A stretch of DNA of 64,000 bases from Betaproteobacteria bacterium (GTDB lineage: Bacteria > Pseudomonadota > Gammaproteobacteria > Burkholderiales > JACQAP01). Below the pieces are notes generated by a model. That model was given only the letters and a program-made list of their open reading frames with translations. It had not been told where the DNA came from and did no database searches. Position 1 is the first letter of the stretch, and each line of letters starts with the position of its first letter. This document shows positions 54,207 through 64,000 of this stretch, in pieces. The position numbers and the translations under genes are program-made. Location of the stretch: the NCBI GenBank assembly GCA_031362885.1, contig JANLTJ010000261.1, positions 9,326-73,325 on the forward strand, in the 5' to 3' direction.

Positions 54207-55173
54207 GGCGGTGCCTGCGCGCTTCGGAGTACATCATCGGCACCACCACGGCAACCACCGTCAGCAGCATCATCATGGAACCGGCGGCACCCAGGCCGAT
54301 CTGATTGCGATTGAAGGCAAAGGTGTAAACGAAGACCGCCGGCAGATCCGAGGAGAATCCCGGCCCGCCTCCGGTAAGCGCCATCACCAGATCGAAGCTC
54401 TTGATGGTGATGTGCGCGAGAATGATCAGCGCACTGAAGAAAACCGGTCGCAGCGACGGGATGATGATGCGGATATATATGCGCACGGGACCGGCACCGT
54501 CCACCTGAGCAGCCTTGATGATGGAGTCGTCGACGCCGCGCAAGCCCGCCAGAAACAAGGCCATGACGAACCCGGTGGACTGCCAGGCCCCGGCGATTAC
54601 CACCGCATAGATCGACATGCCGGGCGTTACGATCCAGTCGAAGCTAAAGGTCTCGAAACCCCATTGACGCACCAAGTGCTCGAATCCCAGGCCGGGATTG
54701 AGAATCCAGCGCCAGACGGTGCCGGTTACGATGAAGGAAAGCGCCATCGGGTAGAGATAAACCGCGCGCAGAAATCCTTCCGCCCGAACACGCTGGTCGA
54801 GCAGGATCGCCATCAGCAGGCCGGTCACCATGCAGACGACGATAAAGAGGCTGGCGAACACCCCGAGATTGCCCAGAGCCGTCCACCAGCGTTCGTTATT
54901 GAACAGCGAGATGTATTGGACCAGTCCCGCGAATTCATAGCGCGGCAACAACCTGGATTCGGTTACCGACAGCCAGCCCGTCCAGAGAATGAAGCCATAG
55001 ACAAACAGCAGGGCACACAGCAGTGTCGGCCCCAGCACAATCTTCGGCAGGGCCGCTTCGACACGGTCGCGCCAGCTTCCGCCCGGATGATGGTCCGCCG
55101 CGCCTGCCGGCAGTGACGTATTCACCTGTGCCTCATTCGGACGGAGTCTGTCCCTGGGTTCGGGACGGCGCAC
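54199..55173 (-). CDS. carbohydrate ABC transporter permease (MalF-like)
   Basis: 324 aa, EAA loop (IKAAQVDGAGPVRIYIRIIIP). The N-terminal about 30 residues may be over-extended. Confidence 0.8.
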   Translation of the reverse strand: MRRPEPRDRLRPNEAQVNTSLPAGAADHHPGGSWRDRVEAALPKIVLGPTLLCALLFVYGFILWTGWLSVTESRLLPRYEFAGLVQYISLFNNERWWTALGNLGVFASLFIVVCMVTGLLMAILLDQRVRAEGFLRAVYLYPMALSFIVTGTVWRWILNPGLGFEHLVRQWGFETFSFDWIVTPGMSIYAVVIAGAWQSTGFVMALFLAGLRGVDDSIIKAAQVDGAGPVRIYIRIIIPSLRPVFFSALIILAHITIKSFDLVMALTGGGPGFSSDLPAVFVYTFAFNRNQIGLGAAGSMMMLLTVVAVVVPMMYSEARRHRRG

Positions 55174-55198
55174 TCGCCGTCCCGGATTTCTGGTGCGA

Positions 55199-56458
55199 CT
55201 ACATCTTCTTTCCGGCCAGTGCCATTTTCTCCGCGGCGGAGGCAGGCGTCATTCCCGGGGTATTGATGAAAGCGGTAATGACGTCGAACATCCCGCCTTT
55301 GTTGGCCGGTGGCATCGCCATTTCATGCGCCCAACTCGGCACCAGTCCCCCACTCTTGGCGGCGGAAGCAAAATCCGCTGCGGAGTCTTTCGCGCACTGA
55401 TCGAATTTGTCCATATTCATGCCCATGCGAACCGGAATCGAACCCTTGTTGAGGTTAAACACCTCCTGGAATTGCGGCTCCATGATGGCGGCAGCCAGAT
55501 TGGCCTGCGCGGTTTTCGCGCCGGCATCCTTCTGCGCGAACATGATGAAACTGTCGATGTTGAAGGTGAACGCTCCCTTGGTGCCCGGTGCCGGCATGCA
55601 GATGTAGTCCTTGCCCGGCGATTTTTTCGCGGCTGTGAATTCGCCCTTGGCCCAGTCGCCCATGAACTGCATGGCGGCCTTGCCGTTGATCACCATGGCA
55701 GTGGCCAGATTCCAGTCGCGGTTGGCGGCATCCTTGTCGATATATTTCTGCACCGTGCGCAGCGTCGTGAAGGCCTTGACCATGTTGGGGCTGTTTAGCG
55801 CCTTCGTATCCAGATTGACAAACGCCTCGCGATACCACTTCGCCCCGCCCACACCCAGCGCCACGGACTCGAACACCGTGGCGTCCTGCCAAGGCTGGCC
55901 GCCGTGTGCGACAGCAATGAATCCTGCCTTCCGGATTTTCTCCGCCGCGGTTGCAAACTCGTCCCAAGTGGTCGGAATGCTGGCACCGGCCTTCTTGAAC
56001 ACATCAGGGTTCGCCCACATCCAATTCACCCGATGCACATTGACCGGCACCGCCACGTAGTTGCCCTTGTATTTCATGACATCGCTCACAACCGGAGGCA
56101 GCAGGCTGTCCCACTTGCCAGCTTTTGCGGTGTCGTCCAGATTGGCGAGAACACCCTCTCTCGCCCACTCCTGTATTCCCGGGCCCTTTACCTGCGCCGC
56201 AGTGGGTGGCTTGCCCGAAACGACGCGTGATTTGAGCACCGTCATCGCTGTTTCCCCACCGCCGCCGGCAACGGCGAAGTCTTTCCACTTATCGCCTTTG
56301 CTCTCCAGAATTTTCTTCAGCTCGCCCACCGACTTGGCTTCGCCGCCCGAGGTCCACCAATGCAATACCTCCACTTCGCCTGCCACTGCCGGACTGCCAA
56401 GCCCCAGCCCTAAAGCAAGGGCCGCCAAAATCCTGTTCCCAACTGTGAATTTTCTCAT
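55199..56458 (-). CDS. sugar ABC transporter periplasmic binding protein (glucose/mannose GtsA-like)
   Basis: Track ORF 55199..56473. ATG 56458 (MRKFTVGNRILAALALGLGLGSPAVAG) gives a signal peptide. VEVLHWWTSGGEA resembles pseudomonad glucose-binding proteins as I recall them. Confidence 0.8.
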   Translation of the reverse strand: MRKFTVGNRILAALALGLGLGSPAVAGEVEVLHWWTSGGEAKSVGELKKILESKGDKWKDFAVAGGGGETAMTVLKSRVVSGKPPTAAQVKGPGIQEWAREGVLANLDDTAKAGKWDSLLPPVVSDVMKYKGNYVAVPVNVHRVNWMWANPDVFKKAGASIPTTWDEFATAAEKIRKAGFIAVAHGGQPWQDATVFESVALGVGGAKWYREAFVNLDTKALNSPNMVKAFTTLRTVQKYIDKDAANRDWNLATAMVINGKAAMQFMGDWAKGEFTAAKKSPGKDYICMPAPGTKGAFTFNIDSFIMFAQKDAGAKTAQANLAAAIMEPQFQEVFNLNKGSIPVRMGMNMDKFDQCAKDSAADFASAAKSGGLVPSWAHEMAMPPANKGGMFDVITAFINTPGMTPASAAEKMALAGKKM

Positions 56459-56698
56459 TTGCCACTCCTCCACAAATTTATGGTGACTTCCAGTTTGTCA
56501 TGCGCACAGATCGACCGGCCGCAGATTCGATTAACTGTACTGCATGCAGGTCAAGAACGAAAAGAAGTCTACAGAATAAGGTCAAAGAGCGGGCAGGCGC
56601 ATTGACCTGGATCAAGCCGCCGCACTCGCGGGGCTGTCGTTCCGATCAGGAAAACAAGTAAAATCCACCGTATTCAAGACCACTGGAGCGGTTCCATC

Positions 56699-57712
56699 AT
56701 GACGATTCGCGTTGCAATCAACGGCTATGGTCGCATCGGCCGCAACATCCTGCGGGCGCACTACGAAGGCGGCAAAAAGCACGATATTCAGATCGTCGCC
56801 ATCAATGACCTGGGCGATGCCAATATCAATGCCCACCTCACCAAATATGACACCGCCCATGGAAAATTCCCCGGCACCGTGGCCGTGGAAGGCGACAGTC
56901 TGGTCATCAACGGCGACAGGATCAAAGTCTGCGCGCAGCGCAACCCGGCGGAACTGCCCTGGAAGGCGCTCAATGTCGATGTGGTGCTGGAGTGCACCGG
57001 ATTGTTCACCAGCAAGGCCAAGGCCGGCGCGCATCTCACTGCCGGCGCAAAGAAAGTCATCATCTCCGCCCCTGGTGACAAGGATGTCGACGCGACCGTC
57101 GTGCAAGGCGTCAATCATGGGATTCTGAAAGCCTCGCATACGGTAATTTCCAACGCCAGTTGCACCACGAATTGCCTGGCACCGCTGGTCAAGGCGCTTC
57201 ATGACCGCATAGGCGTGGTCAGCGGTTTGATGACCACGATACATTCCTACACCAACGATCAGGTGCTGACCGATGTCTACCACACCGATCTTCGTCGCGC
57301 GCGTTCTGCGACCATGTCCATGATTCCGACCAAGACCGGTGCCGCGGCCGCAGTTGGACTGGTGCTGCCGGAATTGAACGGCAAACTGGATGGTTACGCG
57401 ATGCGCGTACCGACCATCAATGTCTCGATTGTCGATTTGTGTTTTGTCGCCAGGCGCGCAACCAGCGTCGAGGAAGTCAACAACTCGGTGAGACAGGCCG
57501 CGGAGACCGACCTGAAGGGAATCCTGGAGTACAGCAAGGATCAACTGGTTTCTATCGACTTCAACCACAATCCGGCTTCTTCGATTTTTGACTCGACCCT
57601 GACCAAGGTTTCCGACGGCACATTGGTCAAGGTCTGCTCCTGGTACGACAACGAGTGGGGTTTCAGCAACCGCATGCTCGATACCACGGTTGCGTTAGTG
57701 AACGCGAAATAG
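56699..57712 (+). CDS. gap: glyceraldehyde-3-phosphate dehydrogenase
   Basis: 337 aa. [11 protein letters not shown] fold and catalytic SNASCTTNC. Confidence 0.95.
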   Translation: MTIRVAINGYGRIGRNILRAHYEGGKKHDIQIVAINDLGDANINAHLTKYDTAHGKFPGTVAVEGDSLVINGDRIKVCAQRNPAELPWKALNVDVVLECTGLFTSKAKAGAHLTAGAKKVIISAPGDKDVDATVVQGVNHGILKASHTVISNASCTTNCLAPLVKALHDRIGVVSGLMTTIHSYTNDQVLTDVYHTDLRRARSATMSMIPTKTGAAAAVGLVLPELNGKLDGYAMRVPTINVSIVDLCFVARRATSVEEVNNSVRQAAETDLKGILEYSKDQLVSIDFNHNPASSIFDSTLTKVSDGTLVKVCSWYDNEWGFSNRMLDTTVALVNAK

Positions 57713-57728
57713 CAGCAGTTTTTGATTA

Positions 57729-57764
57729 CAGGGCACAGAGAACACGATTTATCTCTGTGCCTTG
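57729..57764 (+). other. intercistronic stem-loop between gap and pgk
   Basis: GGCACAGAGA (57732-57741) pairs with TCTCTGTGCC (57752-57761) around a 10-nt loop, and flanking bases extend the stem to about 13 bp. No T tract follows. Confidence 0.5.
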
Positions 57765-57806
57765 TGCTATCCGGAACCGGTAATTCTTGTTGATCGAATT
57801 AACGCC

Positions 57807-58988
57807 ATGACCATCGTGCGCATGACTGATCTCGAACTGCGTGGCAAGCGCGTGTTCATTCGTGCCGACCTCAATGTGCCACAGGACGAGGCTGGCAACA
57901 TTACCGACGATGCCAGGATTCGCGCGTCCGTTCCCGCATTGCGTCAGGCACTTCAGGCCGGTGCCGCGGTCATGGTCACTTCGCATCTGGGGCGGCCCAC
58001 CGAAGGGGCGTTCAAACCCGCGGACTCGCTGGCACCGGTGGCGCGACGTATGTCCGAACTGCTCGGTATCTCGGTCCCGCTCAAGGCGAATTGGATCGAT
58101 GGCGTGGACGTCAAACCAGGTCAGGTGGTGATGCTGGAAAATTGTCGCGTCAACAAAGGTGAAAAGAAAAACGACGAAGCGCTGGCCAAAAAAATGGCGG
58201 CGCTTTGCGATGTCTATGTGAATGATGCTTTCGGTACCGCGCACCGGGCCGAAGCAAGCACTCACGGCATCGCCAGGTTCGCACCGGTTGCCTGCGCCGG
58301 ACCGCTGATGATGGCTGAGCTCGATGCACTGGGCAAGGCGCTGCGGGAACCCAGGCACCCGCTGATTGCGATTGTCGCCGGCTCGAAAGTTTCCACCAAG
58401 CTCACCATTCTTGGCGAGCTGGCAAAAAAGGTGGATCAGTTAATCGTCGGCGGTGGTATTGCCAATACCTTCATGCTGGCCTCTGGCCTGCCCATCGGCA
58501 AATCGCTGGCAGAGCCCGAACTGGTCGCCGAAGCCAGGAACATCATGGCGATCATCAAAGCGAAAGGCGGCATCGTGCCGATCCCGGTGGACGTGGTTTG
58601 CGCGAAGACCTTTGCAGCGGACGCCCACGCCACCGTGAAAGCGGCTCAGGATGTCGCCGCGGACGACCTGATTCTGGATATCGGGCCGAAGACCGCTGCC
58701 CAGCTCGCCGCCCAGCTTGGCAAAGCCGGAACCATTGTCTGGAATGGTCCGGTCGGGGTATTCGAGTTCGATCGCTTTGGCGAGGGAACCAAGATTCTGG
58801 CAGAGGCGATAGCCGATTCTGCGGCATTCTCGATTGCCGGCGGCGGTGATACCGTTGCCGCCATCGCCAAGTACGGAATCACAGAAAAGATAGGCTATAT
58901 TTCCACCGGCGGCGGTGCTTTTCTCGAGTTTCTCGAGGGTAAGAAACTGCCTGCCGTTGAAATTCTCGAAATCCGCGCCGCCGGCTGA
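57807..58988 (+). CDS. pgk: phosphoglycerate kinase
   Basis: Track ORF 57762..58988. Internal ATG 57807 ([25 protein letters not shown]) gives 393 aa. Confidence 0.93.
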   Translation: MTIVRMTDLELRGKRVFIRADLNVPQDEAGNITDDARIRASVPALRQALQAGAAVMVTSHLGRPTEGAFKPADSLAPVARRMSELLGISVPLKANWIDGVDVKPGQVVMLENCRVNKGEKKNDEALAKKMAALCDVYVNDAFGTAHRAEASTHGIARFAPVACAGPLMMAELDALGKALREPRHPLIAIVAGSKVSTKLTILGELAKKVDQLIVGGGIANTFMLASGLPIGKSLAEPELVAEARNIMAIIKAKGGIVPIPVDVVCAKTFAADAHATVKAAQDVAADDLILDIGPKTAAQLAAQLGKAGTIVWNGPVGVFEFDRFGEGTKILAEAIADSAAFSIAGGGDTVAAIAKYGITEKIGYISTGGGAFLEFLEGKKLPAVEILEIRAAG

Positions 58989-59012
58989 CGCTCCCAGGCA
59001 CCCATATCAAAC

Positions 59013-60446
59013 ATGCAAAGAAGCACCAAAATCGTGGCAACACTTGGTCCGGCTTCGACCGATCGTGTCGTATTGACACGCATGATCGCCGCCGGAGTCG
59101 ATGTGGTGCGCATGAATTTTTCCCATGGTACGAGCGAAGAACATTTTGCGCGCGCCGAGATGGTGCGCGAGGTCGCGCGCAGTCTTGAGCGCACCGTCGG
59201 CATTATGTGCGACTTGCAGGGGCCCAAGATCCGCATCGGTAAGTTCGAGGGCGGAAAAGTCACCTTGAACAACGGGGATCCCTTCACCCTGGATGCCGAT
59301 TGCGCGATGGGCAATCAGCATCAGGTCGGACTCGACTACAAGGAACTGCCGCGTGATGTCACTGCGGGGGCTGTGCTGCTGCTCGATGACGGTCGATTGG
59401 TGCTCGACGTTCAGAAAGTCCAAGGCAACCGCATCATCACCACTGTTCGCGTCGGCGGCGTACTGTCGAACAACAAGGGGATCAACCGCCAGGGCGGAGG
59501 GTTGACCGCTCCGGCGCTGACTGCGAAGGACATGGAAGACATAAAAACTTCGGTCACCATGAAAGCCGATTTCCTGGCGGTTTCTTTCCCGAAAAGCGGG
59601 GCCGATATGTATATGGCCCGTGAACTGATGCGGGCCGCCGGTGGCAAATCGATGCTGATTGCGAAAATGGAACGCACCGAAGCCATCGTGGCGATGGACG
59701 AGATCCTGGACTCCTGCGACGGCATCATGGTCGCGCGCGGCGATCTCGCGGTGGAAGTCGGCGACGCGGCGGTGCCGGCGCTTCAAAAACGCATGATTCG
59801 CCGGGCGCGTGAGCGCAACAAACTCACCATTACCGCCACCCAGATGATGGAATCCATGATTTCGAGCCCGGTGCCGACCCGGGCAGAAGTATCGGATGTC
59901 GCCAATGCCGTACTGGATGGCACCGATGCAGTCATGTTGTCGGCGGAGACCGCGAGCGGGAAATTTCCGGTGGAAACTGTGGAGTCGATGGCGCGCATCT
60001 GTCTGGAGGCCGAGAAGTCCGACGATTTCACGCTCGACCGGGAATTCCTCAACCGGGTTTTTACGCGCGTCGACCAGTCCATCGCCATGGCTGCGTTGTT
60101 CACCGCCTATCACCTCAAAGTCAAGGCGATCGCGACACTGACGCAATCGGGGTCGACGGCGCTGTGGATTTCGCGGTTAAACTGCGGTGTGCCGATCTAT
60201 GCCTTGACGCCGGAAATTTCCACGCGCTACCGCCTGAGTCTGTTCCGCGACGTCTATCCGTTGATGATCAAGTATGTTGGCCACGACCGCGATCACCTGT
60301 TGCAGGAAGCTGAAGACCAGTTGATCGGTGCCGGGCTGGTGCAAAAAGGCGATTTGATCGTGATTGCTTTCGGCGAGCCGATCGGATCTCCCGGCGGGAC
60401 CAACACCATGAAAATCGTGAAGGTCGGCGAGAGCCGCAGGCCTTGA
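59013..60446 (+). CDS. pyk: pyruvate kinase
   Basis: 477 aa. KIVATLGPAS, MNFSHG, MVARGDL.VE motifs. Confidence 0.95.
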   Translation: MQRSTKIVATLGPASTDRVVLTRMIAAGVDVVRMNFSHGTSEEHFARAEMVREVARSLERTVGIMCDLQGPKIRIGKFEGGKVTLNNGDPFTLDADCAMGNQHQVGLDYKELPRDVTAGAVLLLDDGRLVLDVQKVQGNRIITTVRVGGVLSNNKGINRQGGGLTAPALTAKDMEDIKTSVTMKADFLAVSFPKSGADMYMARELMRAAGGKSMLIAKMERTEAIVAMDEILDSCDGIMVARGDLAVEVGDAAVPALQKRMIRRARERNKLTITATQMMESMISSPVPTRAEVSDVANAVLDGTDAVMLSAETASGKFPVETVESMARICLEAEKSDDFTLDREFLNRVFTRVDQSIAMAALFTAYHLKVKAIATLTQSGSTALWISRLNCGVPIYALTPEISTRYRLSLFRDVYPLMIKYVGHDRDHLLQEAEDQLIGAGLVQKGDLIVIAFGEPIGSPGGTNTMKIVKVGESRRP

Positions 60447-60783
60447 TGGTGTTATCGCAAAACCTTCATCAGTTCGGCGCTCGAGCTGGGATCTCAGGGG
60501 CCATGCCAACCATGAATGGAACAGCCTGGTTCAGTCATGACGGGCCGGATAAGGCCCGGAGTCCCGGTTTGAGAAGCATCGGCCTTGCCACGGCCGTAGC
60601 GGGCTGCCACAGAGCGATGCTGAAGGGGGTCAAAGCCAGGCGCACCTTGGCCGGCCTTTGCTACAACTTGGGCAAATTGTTCCAGCACTTTCGGTCTTCG
60701 GGGGCGGTTGTGCGCATCGCAAAGCGCGAAAAACCGCAATCGCACCGGTAACTGGCGGCCAGAGCTTGAGCACACGCGCCTCA

Positions 60784-61323
60784 TTGAAACGCCAGAAATC
60801 CCGTCCGTTGGTCGGGGTTGTCATGGGCAGCGACAGCGACTGGGCCGTCATGCAGCATGCGGCACAGATGCTTGACATGTTTTCCGTACCCTATGAAGCG
60901 AAGGTGGTGTCGGCGCATCGCACCCCGGATATCATGTTCGATTACGCTGAACAGGCTGCAGTGCGCGGGTTGCGCTGCATCATCGCCGGAGCCGGCGGTT
61001 CGGCGCATCTGCCGGGCATGATTGCATCCAAGACCGCGGTTCCGGTATTGGGTGTTCCGGTCATTTCAAGGGCATTGCAGGGCCTCGACTCGCTGTTGTC
61101 CATCGTGCAGATGCCGCGCGGCATTCCGGTTGCAACCTTTGCCATCGGCGAAGCGGGCGCGGCAAACGCCGGGTTGTTTGCCATTGCGCTGCTCGCGGCC
61201 CAGGATCCGGCGCTTGCCGCAAGACTGGTGATCTACCGTCGCGAGTTGGCCGCGAAAGTGAAGGCAATGAAACTTCCGCCGGCACCATCAACCGGCAAAC
61301 TGCCACCGCGATCGAAAAAATGA
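60784..61323 (+). CDS. purE: N5-carboxyaminoimidazole ribonucleotide mutase
   Basis: In frame with track ORF 60658..61323. The conserved domain begins [13 protein letters not shown], followed by SAHRTPD and [13 protein letters not shown] 60784 gives an N-terminus of normal length, but the start is uncertain (alternatives TTG 60766, ATG 60832). Confidence 0.85.
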   Translation: MKRQKSRPLVGVVMGSDSDWAVMQHAAQMLDMFSVPYEAKVVSAHRTPDIMFDYAEQAAVRGLRCIIAGAGGSAHLPGMIASKTAVPVLGVPVISRALQGLDSLLSIVQMPRGIPVATFAIGEAGAANAGLFAIALLAAQDPALAARLVIYRRELAAKVKAMKLPPAPSTGKLPPRSKK

Positions 61324-62480
61324 TTGCTCCGGGTTCCTGGCTGGGACTGCTTGGTGGCGGCCAGCTTGGCCGCATGTTCACCATGGCCGCGCAGAGCATG
61401 GGCTATAAGGTCATGGTGCTCGACCCGGGTGACCACAGTCCGGCCGGCAGCGTGGCCGACGATCACCTGCGGGCCGACTATCTCGACCGGGACGCGTTAC
61501 GGAAAATGGCATCGCGCTGCGCGGCGGCCACGACCGAGTTTGAGAACGTTCCGGCCGAGAGCCTCGCATTTTTGGCTAAGCACGTGATCGTCAGCCCGGC
61601 TGCGGCCGCGGTAGCCGTGGCGCAGGACCGCATTCGTGAGAAGACCTTCCTCTCCGAGGGCGGTGCCGCGGTCGCGCCGTTCGCCGTAATCAACAATGAG
61701 CATGATTTGCGTGATGCGCGCCTGCTGGCGCTGCTGCCGGGCATCCTCAAGATCGCGCGCCTCGGCTACGACGGCAAGGGTCAGGTGCGGGTTGCAACGC
61801 CCGAGGATCTACGCGGCGCGTTCGCCGATCTTGGCAACCGCCCTTGCGTGCTGGAAAAATTCCTCGATCTGGGATGCGAGATTTCCGTGGTGGTCGCACG
61901 CGGGTTCGATAACAGCGTGGCCACCTTTCCGGTTTCGGAGAATCAGCACGCCGGCGGTATTCTTGACATCAGCATGATCCCCGCCCGGGTTTCACCGCAA
62001 CTGGTTCAGTCCGCCCGCGCCGCGACAATCGAAGTTGCGCAACGTCTCGATTACCGGGGCGTGCTCTGTGTCGAATTCTTCGTGCTGCGCGACGGCAAGC
62101 TGGTGGTGAATGAGATCGCGCCGCGCCCGCACAACAGCGGGCATTACAGTATCGATGCCTGCGTGACTTCCCAGTTTGAGCAGCAGGCGCGCGTGCTGTG
62201 TGGCCTGCCGCTGGGCGATACCGCGGCACACTGCCCGGCGGTCATGGTCAACCTGCTTGGCGAGCTCTGGGCCGCTGGCGAGCCGCATTGGGAACATGTG
62301 CTGCGCCATTCCCGTGCCAAACTTCATCTTTACGGCAAGACTGAAGCCAAACCCGGTCGCAAGATGGGACATTTCACCGTGCTTGCGGACGACGTCGAGC
62401 AGGCCCTCGCAACGGCAACCCAAATCAAGGCAAACCTGCAAGCGGATGCGCGGGCCGCGCGCTCCGCGAGTACCGCGTAG
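61320..62480 (+). CDS. purK: N5-carboxyaminoimidazole ribonucleotide synthase
   Basis: 386 aa ATP-grasp protein ([16 protein letters not shown]) with an ATGA overlap with purE. Confidence 0.93.
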   Translation: MIAPGSWLGLLGGGQLGRMFTMAAQSMGYKVMVLDPGDHSPAGSVADDHLRADYLDRDALRKMASRCAAATTEFENVPAESLAFLAKHVIVSPAAAAVAVAQDRIREKTFLSEGGAAVAPFAVINNEHDLRDARLLALLPGILKIARLGYDGKGQVRVATPEDLRGAFADLGNRPCVLEKFLDLGCEISVVVARGFDNSVATFPVSENQHAGGILDISMIPARVSPQLVQSARAATIEVAQRLDYRGVLCVEFFVLRDGKLVVNEIAPRPHNSGHYSIDACVTSQFEQQARVLCGLPLGDTAAHCPAVMVNLLGELWAAGEPHWEHVLRHSRAKLHLYGKTEAKPGRKMGHFTVLADDVEQALATATQIKANLQADARAARSASTA

Positions 62481-62498
62481 ATCTGGAGAAACTCTGGC

Positions 62499-63386
62499 GT
62501 GGAACAGCTCACATCCGTCCTTGAAACCAGCCTCAAATCGCTGAAGTTTCTTCATCGCGGCAAGGTACGAGACATCTATGCCGTGGACGCTGACCGCCTG
62601 TTGATCGTGCAGACCGACCGCCTTTCCGCCTTTGATGTCATCCTGCCCAACCCGATACCCGGAAAAGGGCGCGTGCTGACAGCCATGTCCAATTTCTGGT
62701 TCCGCAAACTGCGGCATGTGATTGCGAACCATCTGCTGGACGAGTCTCCGGAGTCCGTGGTTGCTCCTGAAGAGCGGGAACAAGTTGCAGGCAGGGCATT
62801 CGTGGTGCGCAAACTCAAGCCGCTACCAATCGAGGCCATCGTGCGTGGTTACGTTGCGGGTTCCGGCTGGAAGGATTATCAGAAAACCGGAATGATCTGC
62901 GGGCTCGTACTGCCGCCCGGCCTTAAAGAAGCGCAACAATTGCCACAACCGCTATTTACCCCGTCGACAAAGGCGGCAATAGGCAGTCACGACGAGAATA
63001 TTTCCTTTGCGGAAATGGAAAAAATCATGGATCCCAATCTTGCCGCCCAAGTGCGCGACAAGACGATCCAACTCTATTCCGAAGCGGCCGCCTACGCTCT
63101 GACCCGTGGCATCATTATCGCCGACACCAAGTTCGAGTTCGGTCAAGATCAGGCTGGCAAGTTGTATCTGATTGACGAAGCCCTAACGCCCGACTCGTCG
63201 CGCTTCTGGCCTAGTGAGCACTATCGCGCTGGCATCAGTCCGCCCTCATTCGACAAGCAATTCGTGCGCGACTGGCTGGAGGCCCAGAAGTGGGACAAGC
63301 GTCCACCGGCACCGGCACTGCCTGCCGAAGTGTTGCGCAGGACCGCGGAAAAATATGAAGAAGCGCTAAGACTTTTGACAACGTGA
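62499..63386 (+). CDS. purC: phosphoribosylaminoimidazole-succinocarboxamide synthase
   Basis: 295 aa long-form PurC with GKVRD.Y, DR.SAFD and ADTKFEFG. Confidence 0.93.
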   Translation: MEQLTSVLETSLKSLKFLHRGKVRDIYAVDADRLLIVQTDRLSAFDVILPNPIPGKGRVLTAMSNFWFRKLRHVIANHLLDESPESVVAPEEREQVAGRAFVVRKLKPLPIEAIVRGYVAGSGWKDYQKTGMICGLVLPPGLKEAQQLPQPLFTPSTKAAIGSHDENISFAEMEKIMDPNLAAQVRDKTIQLYSEAAAYALTRGIIIADTKFEFGQDQAGKLYLIDEALTPDSSRFWPSEHYRAGISPPSFDKQFVRDWLEAQKWDKRPPAPALPAEVLRRTAEKYEEALRLLTT

Positions 63387-63427
63387 TGGCGAAACACCCA
63401 AGTGCATAACCTTCCCCGGAATCCGGC

Positions 63428-64000
63428 GTGTTGAATCAAGTGACAACTGACCACGAAATAGAGATCGCGGCACAGATCCTGCGTGACGGCGGGCTGGTGG
63501 CGTTTCCCACGGAAACGGTTTACGGACTTGGTGCCGATGCCTCGAATCCGGAGGCGATTCGCAAGATTTTTGTGGCCAAAGGGCGTCCTGCCGACCATCC
63601 GGTGATCGTGCATATTGCTGACGCCAGCGAGCTGAAACACTGGGCGGCGCAGGTGCCGAACTCCGCCTGGGTGCTTGCGGAAAAATTCTGGCCCGGACCA
63701 CTGACCCTGGTGTTGAAGCGTGCCGGGCGCGTCAGCGATCTCATTACCGGAGGGCAGGATACGGTGGGTGTGCGGGTACCTTCGCATCCGCTTGCCAGGC
63801 AACTGTTGAAAGCATTCGGCGGCGGGATCGCTGCGCCCTCGGCCAACTCGTTTGGGCGGCTTTCGCCGACCACGGCGCGGCACGTGGGCGAAGAACTCGG
63901 CGATGCGGTTGAACTTGTGCTCGACGGCGGCCCATGTGCCGTCGGCATAGAGTCGACCATTGTTGATTTGTCCGGCGCTCAGCCCTCGATACTGCGGCCA
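63428..64000 (+). CDS. tsaC: L-threonylcarbamoyladenylate synthase (TsaC/Sua5 family), 5' part; runs off the right edge
   Basis: Hand translation from GTG 63428 gives VLNQVTTDHEIEIAAQILRDGGLVAFPTETVYGLGADASNPEAIRKIFVAKGRPADHPVIVHI...SANSFGRLSPTTA...GIESTIVD. An in-frame TAA at 63407 limits the start (GTG 63428, TTG 63431 or GTG 63440). Absent from the track because no stop lies in the window. Confidence 0.85.
   Translation, partial: MLNQVTTDHEIEIAAQILRDGGLVAFPTETVYGLGADASNPEAIRKIFVAKGRPADHPVIVHIADASELKHWAAQVPNSAWVLAEKFWPGPLTLVLKRAGRVSDLITGGQDTVGVRVPSHPLARQLLKAFGGGIAAPSANSFGRLSPTTARHVGEELGDAVELVLDGGPCAVGIESTIVDLSGAQPSILRP

Noticed and set aside
59007-60146. 379-aa ORF antisense to pyk (similar cases: 56612-57568 vs gap, 49544-50542 vs tkt, 51125-51979 vs glk, 45359-46189 vs ntrY, 43610-44185 vs rsmB)
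   Set aside because: In every case the opposite strand encodes a highly conserved enzyme with clear motifs. The antisense products are Arg/His/Gly-rich with no recognisable features.
60748-60758. GTAACTGGCGG resembling the GACUGGCG core of the ZTP (pfl) riboswitch upstream of purE
   Set aside because: Only a partial match. The obligatory 3' CCGCCUGGGC pseudoknot partner is absent on this strand; a similar string occurs only on the opposite strand.
60494-60784. 96-aa reverse-strand ORF considered as a transposase or fba remnant
   Set aside because: I found no similarity to IS5, IS256, IS110 or TnpB C-termini or to class II aldolase, and no inverted repeats. It is kept only as part of the unexplained-gap finding.

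Overview
This window is a replication-origin-proximal chromosome segment from a moderately high-GC proteobacterium. The gene order is one I associate with Betaproteobacteria: mnmE-yidC-yidD-rnpA-rpmH / dnaA-dnaN-gyrB without recF; mnmG-rsmG-parA-parB-atpIBEFHAGDC; topA-smg-dprA-LysM / def-fmt-rsmB-DUF4390-ntrY-ntrX; tkt ... gap-pgk-pyk; purE-purK-purC. There are about 65 protein genes, nearly all housekeeping. RNA and regulatory elements I can support by eye are a cobalamin riboswitch ahead of a BtuB-type TonB receptor, 6S RNA (ssrS) after zapA, two near-consensus parS sites, an inverted DnaA-box pair upstream of dnaA, and some intrinsic terminators and sigma70-like promoters. I found no rRNA, tRNA, CRISPR array, IS element, integrase, toxin-antitoxin pair or recognisable defence gene. 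Four loci stand out. (1) An 8-gene operon joins an amino-acid-type ABC importer to an M20 deacylase, a fused MdcD/MdcE-like carboxyltransferase and malonyl-CoA synthetase MatB; it may be an uncharacterised malonyl-conjugate/malonate catabolic module with a non-MatA decarboxylase. (2) A frameshifted SemiSWEET gene sits in a glucose-uptake module that splits the tkt/gap cluster, and a 337-bp unexplained gap lies where fba usually sits. (3) A zapB-like/zapA/6S RNA/EVE-domain locus has a possibly leaderless first gene. (4) An M48 protease is paired with two YbjQ paralogues. All functional readings of these loci are hypotheses, and nothing here is demonstrably a new system from sequence alone. The ORF track shows GTG/TTG starts as M, so several starts were moved to internal ATGs on length and spacing grounds.
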